Positions 9,848-19,813 of a DNA stretch of 64,000 bases are shown piece after piece. Position 1 is the stretch's first letter; every line of letters starts with the position of its first letter. This DNA comes from an uncultured virus (IMG/VR IMGVR_UViG_3300024507_000366) (taxonomy: Duplodnaviria > Heunggongvirae > Uroviricota > Caudoviricetes): IMG/VR virus record IMGVR_UViG_3300024507_000366; one strand, written 5' to 3'. A program made the position numbers and the translations under genes. A model generated the notes under the pieces. That model worked only from the letters and a program-made list of their open reading frames with translations. It was not told the origin of the DNA and ran no database searches.

Positions 9848-11364
9848 TGCTTTATTCCCTAGAAGTAGAGAAGCAGCTTTTGGCTGGACTTATCCAGCAC
9901 CCAGATGCCTACGCAGAGATCTGCGACTTCATATCTGAAGCTGATTTTTATTCTGAAGAAACGGTCGTTCACAAGACGATCTACCACATTCTCCGAAAGT
10001 GTATGGAGAGCAATGAGAAGATTGACGAGATCATCATTGCTCAAAGAATCAAGGAAATCGGTATATCCTTTGAGGATAATATCGACATCTTCGACTATCT
10101 TCGCTCTCTCGCTCTTCGCAAGACGAACAAATCCACCGCAGTTTCTGCGGCGAAAGAGATTAAAAAATACTCTATTCGCCGCACAATCCACAGGTCAGCT
10201 TTGGACGTAGCGGACAAGATGAAGAAAATCGCTCCCGATTCTTCTTATCAGAAGATCATCGAAGAAGCCGATTCCGCATTTAATAAGACAATCAATCTTT
10301 ATGAAAACAATGATGAAAAGCCCGTTAACATCTTTGAGGAAATGGAGAATGTTATTGAAGAGCGCGGGAACAACCCTATTACTGAATTTGGCTTCATGGG
10401 GCCATTCCCAACTGTTAACAAGATTTACGGCTCTCTTCTGAGACCGGGCAACATCTCAGTTATCGTTGCTCGCTCTGGCGTAGGCAAGACCCTGCTTGCC
10501 TTAAACTATTCTACCAAGGTTTCAGCAAAGTACGATGTGCCCGTTCTTCATTTTGATAATGGAGAAATGAGTAAAGAAGAAGTGATTATGCGCCAATGCG
10601 CTGCGCTTAGTCACGTTCCAGTTCACTTGCTTGAGAGCGGACTCTGGCGCAAGGCTGGTGCAGAGACTGTCGATAAGGTCAGGGCAACTTGGAATCAAAT
10701 CAAGAATCTAAAGTTCTACTACTACAACGTAGGTGGAATGACAACCGACCAGATGATCAATAATCTGAAGAGGTTTTATTACTCAAGAATTGGCCGAGGC
10801 AATCCGCTCATCTTTAGCTTTGACTACATCAAGCCTTCTGCCGATTCGGACAGCAATAAGCCGGAATGGCAAGTGATCGGAGATATGTTGAATAAGTTTA
10901 AGAAGACTATCCAGAGAGATATCGTGCAAGATCAAAAGCCCTGTATTACGATGTTCACATCTGTTCAGTCTAACCGTAGCGGTGTTACTACCAACCGTGC
11001 AGCAGACGCAATCAATGATGACGAAAGCATTGTTTCGATGTCTGACCGAATTACTCATTATTGTTCACATATGGCAATCCTGCGCCAAAAGACTCTTGAT
11101 GAGCGGGCCGAGGAAGGTCAGGACTTTGGTACGCATAAATTAATTTTTGTTAAAAATAGATTCTTGGGCTCCGATATTGCTGGCGCCGTTGAACCCGTCA
11201 GAATGCCAGATGGCACTCTGAAGCGTAATTTTATCAATCTTCGTTTTAACAACTTTGATGTTGAAGAGCGCGGAGACCTCCGCGATATTGTCCGAGCAAT
11301 GGATACTGGAATCAGTCCACTTGAGCAAAACAATGACCAGAACGATGTCCCGAACTTCAATTGA
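9847..11364 (+). CDS. dnaB: Replicative DNA helicase
   Basis: DnaB N-domain, Walker A ARSGVGKT, GEMSKEE, FDYI, VQSNR, KNR. Confidence 0.9.
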   Translation: MLYSLEVEKQLLAGLIQHPDAYAEICDFISEADFYSEETVVHKTIYHILRKCMESNEKIDEIIIAQRIKEIGISFEDNIDIFDYLRSLALRKTNKSTAVSAAKEIKKYSIRRTIHRSALDVADKMKKIAPDSSYQKIIEEADSAFNKTINLYENNDEKPVNIFEEMENVIEERGNNPITEFGFMGPFPTVNKIYGSLLRPGNISVIVARSGVGKTLLALNYSTKVSAKYDVPVLHFDNGEMSKEEVIMRQCAALSHVPVHLLESGLWRKAGAETVDKVRATWNQIKNLKFYYYNVGGMTTDQMINNLKRFYYSRIGRGNPLIFSFDYIKPSADSDSNKPEWQVIGDMLNKFKKTIQRDIVQDQKPCITMFTSVQSNRSGVTTNRAADAINDDESIVSMSDRITHYCSHMAILRQKTLDERAEEGQDFGTHKLIFVKNRFLGSDIAGAVEPVRMPDGTLKRNFINLRFNNFDVEERGDLRDIVRAMDTGISPLEQNNDQNDVPNFN

Positions 11365-12424
11365 TTCGTTTCAGCTGAAGGCTTCTCTTGAGTCTTTAGG
11401 TTATAACCTAAAAGATTATGGAAGCTATTGGAGAACGAGAGCGCTATATCGCGGCGGGGATAATGGCACTGCTGTTAAGATATACAAGAACAGCGGCGTA
11501 TGGACCGACTATGCCGCTAATGGCTCCAAGAGCTATCCCATTCAGAAGCTTATCCAGCTTACACTGAATACAAATGATCCAGAGGTGATAAATAAGTATG
11601 TAAATACTTCTGCTGAAATTATCATTCAATCAGAGCCTAAACAGAAACTAGAAATGGAAAAGATCTATCCAGAGTCTCTGCTTTCAAATCTTCTGCCCCA
11701 CCTTGATTTTTATGAAAAGAAAGGGATCAGTAAAGATACTCTTAATTTTTATAAATGCGGCTATGCAACGGCTGGTCAGCTTTTTCGTAGAATTGTATTT
11801 CCGATTTATAATTCTTCTGGGCAGATCCACGGCTTTTCTGGCAGGGCGATCTTCTGGCAAAAGGATTCAGAGTTTCCAAAATGGAAACATCTGGGTAAGC
11901 GCGCTGATTGGGTTTACCCTCTTAACGTGGAGCGTAACTCTTCGTATGAAGTTAAAGAAACTATTGAGTCCAAAGGATATGTAATTATTGTCGAGAGTAT
12001 TGGCGATAGTATGGCGCTGTTTGAAAAAGGCTACAAGAACAATCTTGTGACCTTTGGTCTTGGCGTCTCTTCAAAAATCTGTTCGACATTAGTCGCCCTT
12101 TCTCCAGAAAAGATAATCATTTCGTCAAACAATGATTCTAACGGCGACACTAATCACGGCTTAATCTCTGCGTGCAAATCTTTCCTTCAACTTTGCTCGA
12201 TCTTCGATCCTTCAAAGATTGAGATTCGCCTTCCGCTTAAAAACGACTTTTTCGATATGCTTGTGGCAAGCAATGAGGGGGAGTCTAATATATTTTCTGA
12301 TTGGGAAAACAAAAGCATAAATAAGGATCTTCAAATCAAGAAGATTCACGAAATTGCAGTTGCAAATAACTTTTCTCAGCTTTTAATTAGCCGAGCAAGC
12401 AAACTTCTAGATCAAATTGAGTGA
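11345..12424 (+). CDS. dnaG: DNA primase (TOPRIM), atypical
   Basis: RIVFPIYN...GFSGR, PKWKH, IVESIGD; directly follows dnaB. Confidence 0.8.
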   Translation: MSRTSIDSFQLKASLESLGYNLKDYGSYWRTRALYRGGDNGTAVKIYKNSGVWTDYAANGSKSYPIQKLIQLTLNTNDPEVINKYVNTSAEIIIQSEPKQKLEMEKIYPESLLSNLLPHLDFYEKKGISKDTLNFYKCGYATAGQLFRRIVFPIYNSSGQIHGFSGRAIFWQKDSEFPKWKHLGKRADWVYPLNVERNSSYEVKETIESKGYVIIVESIGDSMALFEKGYKNNLVTFGLGVSSKICSTLVALSPEKIIISSNNDSNGDTNHGLISACKSFLQLCSIFDPSKIEIRLPLKNDFFDMLVASNEGESNIFSDWENKSINKDLQIKKIHEIAVANNFSQLLISRASKLLDQIE

Positions 12425-13445
12425 CTCAAAACACGTAGCATTGTCTGCTAGTAGGATTAAGACGCTGGAAAAATGCAGCTGGTCTTACTGGTGCAATTAT
12501 ATTTTAAAGCTGCCAGACACACCAAATGATGGATCAAGCAGGGGTGACGTTGTCCACCTTGTTCTTGAAGTTTTGTCGCATCCAAGAAGAAAGAAGTATG
12601 TTGAAAAGATCTTGGAGGCTGGTGATATTTTTTGCATTAAATCAATCAAGTCCTTAACCCTAAAGAGGGCGAGAAAGAATAAGGTATCTGATCCAGAGAA
12701 TATTGACTTAATCAAAGAAATGACTTTGGTTGGGCTAAGCTACGACTTTTTTGGCAGCGCCAAAAAGAAACCGGTCCAAGATTGCAGCGAAAGAGAGTTT
12801 GATATTGTTGTAGACGAAGAGAACAAGAAATACAGGATCAAGGGATTTATCGACCGCTTCTTCGCTTATAAGGACAAAACGTCTGTAATCCGTGACTATA
12901 AGACCAGCAAAGCGGTATTTGCTGGCAAAGACGCCGAAGACAATATGCAGCATCTGATGTATACCTTAGCGTCTAAGAAGCTTGACCCCGAGCTTACGGC
13001 GCGTGTTGAATTTTTATTCTTAAAGTTTGACGTTTCAAAAGGCGGCGATGGTCTTTTGAAAATGGAGCATTTGTCAGATGAGGACTTGGTAAGCTTTGAG
13101 TATCAGCTTACCGAAATTCAAAAAGTTGTAGATAAGTTCTCTGAAGCTGATGCCTATTCTAATTTTGCCGCAGATAAGCCGATTCCATCAGACGGATCTT
13201 TTTCTGGCAAGCTCGCGTGCGGGTTTGCGAAAAAGAAGGGTGAATTAAAGAAGGATGGCAAGCCAAAGTGGCATTGCCCATATAAATTTAGTTTTAATTA
13301 TTACGCTCTCAGAGATAAGGATAATAAAATTATAAAAAGCTTTTTTGAGGACGATAAGGAAGAGGCTTTTAAAATGGCCAAAGATGGACACAAGGTCACA
13401 AAAGAATACTATGCTGGGTGCCCAAAACACTTGACACGGGATTGA
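12417..13445 (+). CDS. PD-(D/E)XK exonuclease (RecB/Cas4-like)
   Basis: LSASRIKT..C, RGDVVHLVLE, GFIDR, IRDYKTSK, Q..MY, C-terminal cysteines. Confidence 0.8.
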   Translation: MSDSKHVALSASRIKTLEKCSWSYWCNYILKLPDTPNDGSSRGDVVHLVLEVLSHPRRKKYVEKILEAGDIFCIKSIKSLTLKRARKNKVSDPENIDLIKEMTLVGLSYDFFGSAKKKPVQDCSEREFDIVVDEENKKYRIKGFIDRFFAYKDKTSVIRDYKTSKAVFAGKDAEDNMQHLMYTLASKKLDPELTARVEFLFLKFDVSKGGDGLLKMEHLSDEDLVSFEYQLTEIQKVVDKFSEADAYSNFAADKPIPSDGSFSGKLACGFAKKKGELKKDGKPKWHCPYKFSFNYYALRDKDNKIIKSFFEDDKEEAFKMAKDGHKVTKEYYAGCPKHLTRD

Positions 13446-13458
13446 AAGTCTGTAAGAT
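13431..13458 (+). promoter_or_regulatory. Sigma70-type promoter
   Basis: TTGACA-16-TAAGAT, 6 nt before ATG 13465. Confidence 0.6.
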
Positions 13459-13464
13459 AGTGGT

Positions 13465-14199
13465 ATGATCCCACTATTCAAGTCTAGCTTTTCTGTAGGG
13501 AAAAGCATTCTGACTCTGGCCGAGCCAGAGAAGCAGAAGAAAGACGGTCCAGACAGCATTGTCCAGATTGCACTAGAGAATAATCTGAAGACACTGCATT
13601 TGGTAGAAGATTCTCTGACAGGGTTCTTGACGGCATTCAAGACCTGTGCAAAGCACGACATTCATCTTAGATTCGGATTGAGGATGGATATTTGCAACTC
13701 TTACGAGTCTATCGATACCTCCAAAAGCAAAGTGATTCTTTTTGCCAAGAATGATTCTGGCTTTAAAAGCGTCAGTAAGATATTCACTTATGCGAATACA
13801 GAGAAAGATGGCATCATCTCTAATGACGACCTAGCGTCACGCTTAACTGACGACATCCTGTTGGCTATTCCATTTTACGATAGTTTCGTTTGGCAGAACT
13901 GGCAGTACTTTAGAAACTGTATGCCTACATTTTTAAAAGATTTCGATCACGTATTCTTTACGGAAAATAATAAACTCCCTTTTGACTCTGTAATTGGAGA
14001 GGCTGTAAAATCAATGACCGCTGCCCCAGTAATGGTGAAGTCCATCTATTATAAAAACAGAGATGACTATGAGGCTTGGTTAACTTATAAAATTGCCTGC
14101 AACAGAAGAATGGGAAAGCATCAAACGCTTTCGGCTCCAGAAGTTAATGGCTGCGCGAGTAAGGAGTTCTGTTTCCAATCTTGGAAGGAGGCATCGTGA
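13465..14199 (+). CDS. Stand-alone PHP domain of DNA polymerase III alpha (metal ligands degenerate)
   Basis: PLFKSSFSVGKS (cf. HLHVHSxYSxLD), LVEDSLTGF, FGLRM, ILFAKNDSGF. Confidence 0.75.
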   Translation: MIPLFKSSFSVGKSILTLAEPEKQKKDGPDSIVQIALENNLKTLHLVEDSLTGFLTAFKTCAKHDIHLRFGLRMDICNSYESIDTSKSKVILFAKNDSGFKSVSKIFTYANTEKDGIISNDDLASRLTDDILLAIPFYDSFVWQNWQYFRNCMPTFLKDFDHVFFTENNKLPFDSVIGEAVKSMTAAPVMVKSIYYKNRDDYEAWLTYKIACNRRMGKHQTLSAPEVNGCASKEFCFQSWKEAS

Positions 14200-14822
14200 A
14201 TACGCTTTTAAAACAAAATCTTAATCAGAAGTTTGTAGTATTTGATACAGAGACCGAAGGCTTGTCTCTTACCTCTTCTCGCCCTTGGCAGCTTTCTTGG
14301 ATTGTTTGTCAAGGAGAAAAGATCCTTGAGTCACACGACGAATTTGTTTTATACCCTGATCTGAATGTTTCAGATGAAGCAGCGAGAATAACTGGGTTTG
14401 ACAAGTCATCTTATCTTTCAAAGGCCAAGCCACCAATCGATGTGTGGCAGAAATTTGCACCGTATCTTTATGACTCCAACAACCTTCTTGTTGGTCAGAA
14501 TATTTTAAATTATGACATTTATATTCTGAACACAATGATGGGCACAATTGGAATTCAGAATAACTGGAGCTTTCTGAATCGCTGCATTGACACACGCGCG
14601 CTATCAACGGCAATGTTCAAAGGCATTCAGCCATCTGGCGACTTGCTGCCTTGGCAGATGAAGTTGATGAACTTTCACGAAAAGGGTTTAAAGACCAGTC
14701 AAGCTTTTATGCTAAAGCACTTTGCAATTGATCACGACCCCAGTAAGCTACACAATGCGCTATACGATATCACAATGAATTATAAGATTTTCCGTAAGCT
14801 TATTATGGAGGTAAACGTATGA
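14196..14822 (+). CDS. DEDDh 3'-5' exonuclease (DnaQ/epsilon-like)
   Basis: FDTETEG, GQNILNYD, IDT, HNALYD; GTG start overlaps PHP stop. Confidence 0.85.
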   Translation: MNTLLKQNLNQKFVVFDTETEGLSLTSSRPWQLSWIVCQGEKILESHDEFVLYPDLNVSDEAARITGFDKSSYLSKAKPPIDVWQKFAPYLYDSNNLLVGQNILNYDIYILNTMMGTIGIQNNWSFLNRCIDTRALSTAMFKGIQPSGDLLPWQMKLMNFHEKGLKTSQAFMLKHFAIDHDPSKLHNALYDITMNYKIFRKLIMEVNV

Positions 14823-17383
14823 TCGATTTTAACGCCTGCTTTCAAAAGTACGAGCATCCCGTTCCTCCGGGCGTACGTCTTCCAGAGATCAAGATAGATG
14901 CCCGCCACTATGAGAATCTTGGCATCTCACCTTCTGTTTCAAACTATGAGTTCCTCCGTCAACTCTGCCTCAAGGCAGTCAAGGAAAAAGGCATCGACAA
15001 ACTTAACAATAAAAAAGAATATTATGAACGAGCAAAATACGAGCTTTCAGTTTTTGAAGAACTGGGCTTCACTGACTATATCCTGCTTAATTGGGACATT
15101 CTTAATTACGCTCATGAGCATAGCATTCCTACTGGCTATGGGCGTGGCTCTGCTGCTGGTTCTCTTATTCTCTTTCTTATTGGGGTTACCAATGTAGACC
15201 CGATCAAGAATGGGCTGTTCTTTGAACGCTTCGTCTCAAAGAGCCGCGCAAAGAAGATTGTGGTGGACGGAGTCACTTATCTCGATGGCTCACTGATGCC
15301 TGACGTAGATAATGACATTGAGTTCTCTCGCCGTCAGGATGTAATCAATTACATCAAGACTAAGTATTCAGGCAAGACTTGTAAGATCTTGACTATGAAT
15401 ACTTTGACAGGAAAACTTTGCATTAAAGAGTGTGGCAAGATCGTCGGAGAGATGACGGAGGATGATGTTAATGCGGTAAGCGACTCTATCCCAAAGCAAT
15501 TCGGTAAAGTCTTTGCCCTGAAGGACGCTTACGATGAAAGCGAAATCTTCAGAGCATTCTGCGATAAGAATCCTAAAGTATTCAAGATCGCCAAGAAGAT
15601 CGAGGGTTTAAACAAGAATACTGGCGTTCATCCATCCGGCATATCAATCTCTTATTATAATAACGAGGACATTATGCCGCTTCAGAAGACTGGAGATGGC
15701 GAGGTTGTTTCTGGATACGATATGAATAACGTATCAGAAATCACAGTTAAGTTTGATATCCTTGGGCTTAGAACACTCTCTGTTGTGTTTGACACTTGTC
15801 AGAGACTTGGGCTTGATTTTAAAACAGTTAATTTTGACCAGCCTTCAACTTATGGATTTCTGCAAGACCTAAAGAATCCAAAGGGCTTGTTCCAAATTGA
15901 AGCCAATACAAACTTCCACGTTTGCAAGAAAGTCAAGCCGCGAAATATGCTTGAGCTTGCCTGCGTACTATCTCTTGCGCGACCCGGAGCATTGGACTTT
16001 CTAGATCAGTACGCTAGATACGTTGAGACTGGAGATTTCCAATCCGTTCACCCGTTCTTTGACGATATCCTTAGCATTACTGGCGGCATCCCAATCTTCC
16101 AAGAGCAGCTAATGAAGATGATTGTCAAGGTTGGATTTACCCTTGACGAAGCTGAAACTGTCCGGCGCATCATTGGTAAGAAGAAGGTTAGCGAGATGCC
16201 AGCTTGGAAAGAGAAGATTGTAAACAAGGTAAGGGAGAATAATCTTGATTCGCAAATCGCAGATGTCCTTTGGAAGGTAGCCGAGGATAGTGCAAACTAT
16301 TCGTTTAATCTTTCTCACGCAGCAAGTTACGCCACACTTTCTGCGCTAACGACTTATTTAAAGTTCAATTATCCCAAAGAGTTCTTCTTGGCTCTACTCA
16401 AGTCTTCTAGACACGAACCAGATCCGCACGAAGAGATCGAAACAATCTCTCAAGAACTACCATTTTTTGGAATCAGATTGCTTGCCCCAGACTTGGTTAA
16501 GTCTAAGCCTGATTTTGAAATCGAAGATAATAATATTCGCTTTGGCTTAAACGCCATCAAGGGAGTTTCAGATAAGATTCTTTCCAAGTTGCTTGAGTTT
16601 CGCCAAGGAGAGTTCTCAAATAAAATTGATTGTTTCGATGGAGCCAAGGAAGCCAGTCTGAATATCGGAGTTCTTTCCGCACTGATTCAAGCCGGAACCT
16701 TATCCAGCTTTTCGGAAAAGCGTTGCAGACTTGTGCTTGAAGCCCAGACTTATAATGTTCTTACTGATCGCGAGAAGAGAAATGTAAAACTTCTGGCGCC
16801 AAAATATGGCTACGATGTCTTGACAACCATCTCGGAAGCGATGAAGAATAAGCAAGTTGCAGATGACGGCAAAGCTCTGATGTCCGAAAAACGCTACAAT
16901 ACTTTCAAAGCCAAGTACGAACCATTCAAGCGTATTTATGAGATGAATAAGAAATACGAGAAGTTTGCTAATTGGTTTTTTGAGAAGCGGCTTCTTGGAT
17001 ACAGCTATACTTACAAGCTGAAGGAAGTGTTCCAAGATACTGACTCTGACGCTTTGCTAACCAGCTATGAAGTTCTGCAATCAGAACCAAGGCAAGCGGT
17101 GAAGATGGTTGGTATTGTTAAGGAAGCTCGCAAAAAAACTAGCAGAAACGGCAACAACTATTTGTTTATCAAACTATCCGATGAGTACGGCCAGATCTCT
17201 TGCCGGTTAATGGACGGTCGCCAAGATAATATGACAAGATATTATGAAGGCGAAGGTCGCACGCCCAAGGAAGATGAGATTGTAATTGTGTATGGAAATA
17301 AATCTGACGATTCTATATTTTTAAATACACTGTCAATCTTGAACGAGAAAATTTATACAAAGCTTTCTGATTTAGAATCTTAA
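14819..17383 (+). CDS. dnaE: DNA polymerase III alpha catalytic core (no PHP domain)
   Basis: GRGSAAGS, FERF, MPDVDND, HPSG, KFDILGL, FQEQ, YSFNLSHA, IRFGLNAIKG, C-terminal OB fold. Confidence 0.93.
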   Translation: MIDFNACFQKYEHPVPPGVRLPEIKIDARHYENLGISPSVSNYEFLRQLCLKAVKEKGIDKLNNKKEYYERAKYELSVFEELGFTDYILLNWDILNYAHEHSIPTGYGRGSAAGSLILFLIGVTNVDPIKNGLFFERFVSKSRAKKIVVDGVTYLDGSLMPDVDNDIEFSRRQDVINYIKTKYSGKTCKILTMNTLTGKLCIKECGKIVGEMTEDDVNAVSDSIPKQFGKVFALKDAYDESEIFRAFCDKNPKVFKIAKKIEGLNKNTGVHPSGISISYYNNEDIMPLQKTGDGEVVSGYDMNNVSEITVKFDILGLRTLSVVFDTCQRLGLDFKTVNFDQPSTYGFLQDLKNPKGLFQIEANTNFHVCKKVKPRNMLELACVLSLARPGALDFLDQYARYVETGDFQSVHPFFDDILSITGGIPIFQEQLMKMIVKVGFTLDEAETVRRIIGKKKVSEMPAWKEKIVNKVRENNLDSQIADVLWKVAEDSANYSFNLSHAASYATLSALTTYLKFNYPKEFFLALLKSSRHEPDPHEEIETISQELPFFGIRLLAPDLVKSKPDFEIEDNNIRFGLNAIKGVSDKILSKLLEFRQGEFSNKIDCFDGAKEASLNIGVLSALIQAGTLSSFSEKRCRLVLEAQTYNVLTDREKRNVKLLAPKYGYDVLTTISEAMKNKQVADDGKALMSEKRYNTFKAKYEPFKRIYEMNKKYEKFANWFFEKRLLGYSYTYKLKEVFQDTDSDALLTSYEVLQSEPRQAVKMVGIVKEARKKTSRNGNNYLFIKLSDEYGQISCRLMDGRQDNMTRYYEGEGRTPKEDEIVIVYGNKSDDSIFLNTLSILNEKIYTKLSDLES

Positions 17384-17386
17384 ACA

Positions 17387-17392
17387 GTGTAA
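17387..17392 (+). promoter_or_regulatory. GTGTAA motif, candidate late promoter
   Basis: AGTGTAAA 9 nt before in-frame GTG 17402. Confidence 0.55.
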
Positions 17393-19813
17393 ATGAATAC
17401 AGTGCAAGAAATCAATTTCACGCCAAAGGCCAAAAGAGTCTTAGACGTTGCCAAACAAGCTTGCATAGAGAAAAAAATCGCTGAAATAAGCGATGGCTTC
17501 CTGTTTTATGCCCTGCTAAAATCGGACTCGATGATCGTAAACTCTGCCTTTAGCGGCATTAAGATTTCTCCACAAGAACTTGCGGATGTTGTATGGAAAG
17601 CGCTTCCATCAACTGTCAAAGGATCTGCAAAAGAAAACGCAGAGTTTAATCAGATTTCTAATAAGATTATCTCTGAGTCTCTTACGTATTCAAAGCAGTA
17701 CAGTCAAAACTATACCGGAGTAGAGCACATCTTCAGATCGGCGCTAACCCACTCTCCGTTTATTAAAAAATTCTTTAAAAAGAATGGCATTGATATCGGA
17801 TATATTGCCGAAAGGATTGATTCTGGGTGTAAAAATATTTCTAACCCAAAGAAAAAGGTTTCCACGCCAACTCAAGGATCTGAGCCTAATTTAAAATCCG
17901 CCGCAATCAAAAGCTATTGCATTAATTACAATGAGAAAGCGGCTAAGGGAGATTTTGATCTTATTTGCTTTAGAGAAAAGGAAGTTGAGCAGATGTCAGA
18001 AATCCTTTGCCGCAAACAAAAGAAGAATCCAATTATTGTTGGAGAAGCTGGCGTAGGCAAAAGCGCTATCGTAGGACTATTGGCGAAACATATTGTCGCT
18101 GGAGACTGCACCGAATTTCTTCTTGGCAAGGTTATTTTGCAGCTTGATATGACTGCCCTTGTCGCTGGCACAAACCTTCGCGGCCAGTTTGAGGAGCGTC
18201 TCCATAAGATCCTAAATGAAGTTAAGGCGCAAAAGAACATCATTCTGTTTATTGATGAGATTCATACAATTACTGGAATGGGCAATGACGAGGGGTCTCT
18301 TGACGCATCAAATATCTTAAAGCCTTATCTTGCTGGTGACGAGATCAGTTGCATTGGTGCAACAACCCAGAAAGAATATGAGAAGTACTTCCAGAACGAC
18401 TCGGCAATGAATCGCCGCTTTGAGCCTTTGTTCATCAAAGAACCCTCAAAGAAGGATACGTTAAAAATACTTAAAAACATAAAGAATCACTACGAGTTGT
18501 TTCACGCGGTACACTATCCAGATAAAATCTTGGAAGGCGTCGTTGATCTTTGCGAAAAGTATATTACCAATAGAAGATTCCCAGACAAGGCGATAGACTT
18601 GATGGATCACGTAGGCTCAAAGTCAAAGATTAAAATCTATGCCAGACCAGAGCTATTCAAAGACTTGGAGAAAAAGCTTGCTGGCACAACGGAGGAGGAC
18701 GAAATCTCTTTTATAGTAAAAGAGTACGAAGATAGGTATAACCAATGGTTTTCGTCGCTCAAGGACTCTAAAAAGGAAGTGAGCAAGCAGGATCTTTATG
18801 CTGCCCTCTCCGACAAGATTGGCGTATTCATAGACGCCAACGTTTCTGATTCAAAGTTTAAAAACATTTTTACAAATCTGCAAAAGCACGTATTCGGACA
18901 GGACGAGGCTTTAAGAAAGATCTCCAACTGCGTTGTCAGATCTTCGTTTGGACTCTCATCGTCTAACAGACCCCTTGGCAGTTTTATGTTTTTGGGGCCA
19001 ACGGGGTCTGGCAAAACATATCTTGCCAAGACACTAGCTATGGAAGCTTTTGGCAGTGAGTCAAGCTTAGTTAGGCTCGATATGTCAGAGTTTATGGAGC
19101 AGGCTTCGGTATCAAAGCTTATCGGCTCGCCTCCCGGTTACATTGGATTTGGCGAATCCAATATTCTTTCCGAGCAGCTTCAGAAGTTTCCATCCAGCAT
19201 CTTCTTGTTTGATGAAGTCGAAAAGGCGCATCCAGATGTTATTAACATTCTATTGCAAATTATGGACAATGGCCAACTGACAACTTCAGTTGGACGCAAA
19301 CTTGACTTTAAAAATTCTATTATTATCTTGACTGGGAATGTTGGCTTTCAGTTTGCCGATAACAAGAAAATGGGATTCTTCCAAGCAGCCGCACAAGCTT
19401 TGACCAAGGACGTTGTTAAGGAAAACTTGCAAAAATTTTTCCGCCCAGAGTTCTTGGCTCGCCTTAATGATATTGTTGTATTTAACTCGTTGACAGAAGA
19501 AGCTTTACGAAAGATTGCTGAGAAAGAAATCTCCAAGATCAAGGACAGTCTTAAAGATAAACAGATAGCATTTCGTGTCTCAGAAGAAGTTTATGCTTTC
19601 ATTCTTAATGAAACAAAAAGCTCAAACGACGGCGCAAGAAAGATCATCTTCTTCGTTGAGAATGAATTAAAGACAAAGATCGTTGACGTTTTGGCGTCTG
19701 GATCATATAATGATATTGCCGTGTCTTTGGAAAACGGGGCAATAAAAGTGGATGGAAAATCAAAAAAACTTCGTTCAGCACGTAATTCAGAGCAACGACA
19801 TTCTCCCAATTGA
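17393..19813 (+). CDS. ClpA/ClpC-type AAA+ ATPase (true start may be GTG 17402)
   Basis: Clp N-domain, GEAGVGKS, LFIDEIH, RRFPDKAIDLMD, GPTGSGKT, DMSEFME, LIGSPPGYIG, FDEVEKAHPDV, MGF loop. Confidence 0.92.
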   Translation: MNTVQEINFTPKAKRVLDVAKQACIEKKIAEISDGFLFYALLKSDSMIVNSAFSGIKISPQELADVVWKALPSTVKGSAKENAEFNQISNKIISESLTYSKQYSQNYTGVEHIFRSALTHSPFIKKFFKKNGIDIGYIAERIDSGCKNISNPKKKVSTPTQGSEPNLKSAAIKSYCINYNEKAAKGDFDLICFREKEVEQMSEILCRKQKKNPIIVGEAGVGKSAIVGLLAKHIVAGDCTEFLLGKVILQLDMTALVAGTNLRGQFEERLHKILNEVKAQKNIILFIDEIHTITGMGNDEGSLDASNILKPYLAGDEISCIGATTQKEYEKYFQNDSAMNRRFEPLFIKEPSKKDTLKILKNIKNHYELFHAVHYPDKILEGVVDLCEKYITNRRFPDKAIDLMDHVGSKSKIKIYARPELFKDLEKKLAGTTEEDEISFIVKEYEDRYNQWFSSLKDSKKEVSKQDLYAALSDKIGVFIDANVSDSKFKNIFTNLQKHVFGQDEALRKISNCVVRSSFGLSSSNRPLGSFMFLGPTGSGKTYLAKTLAMEAFGSESSLVRLDMSEFMEQASVSKLIGSPPGYIGFGESNILSEQLQKFPSSIFLFDEVEKAHPDVINILLQIMDNGQLTTSVGRKLDFKNSIIILTGNVGFQFADNKKMGFFQAAAQALTKDVVKENLQKFFRPEFLARLNDIVVFNSLTEEALRKIAEKEISKIKDSLKDKQIAFRVSEEVYAFILNETKSSNDGARKIIFFVENELKTKIVDVLASGSYNDIAVSLENGAIKVDGKSKKLRSARNSEQRHSPN

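Noticed and set aside
12417..13445. Cas4 as evidence of a CRISPR system
   Set aside because: It sits in the replication operon with no cas1/cas2 or array; it reads as an ordinary phage exonuclease.
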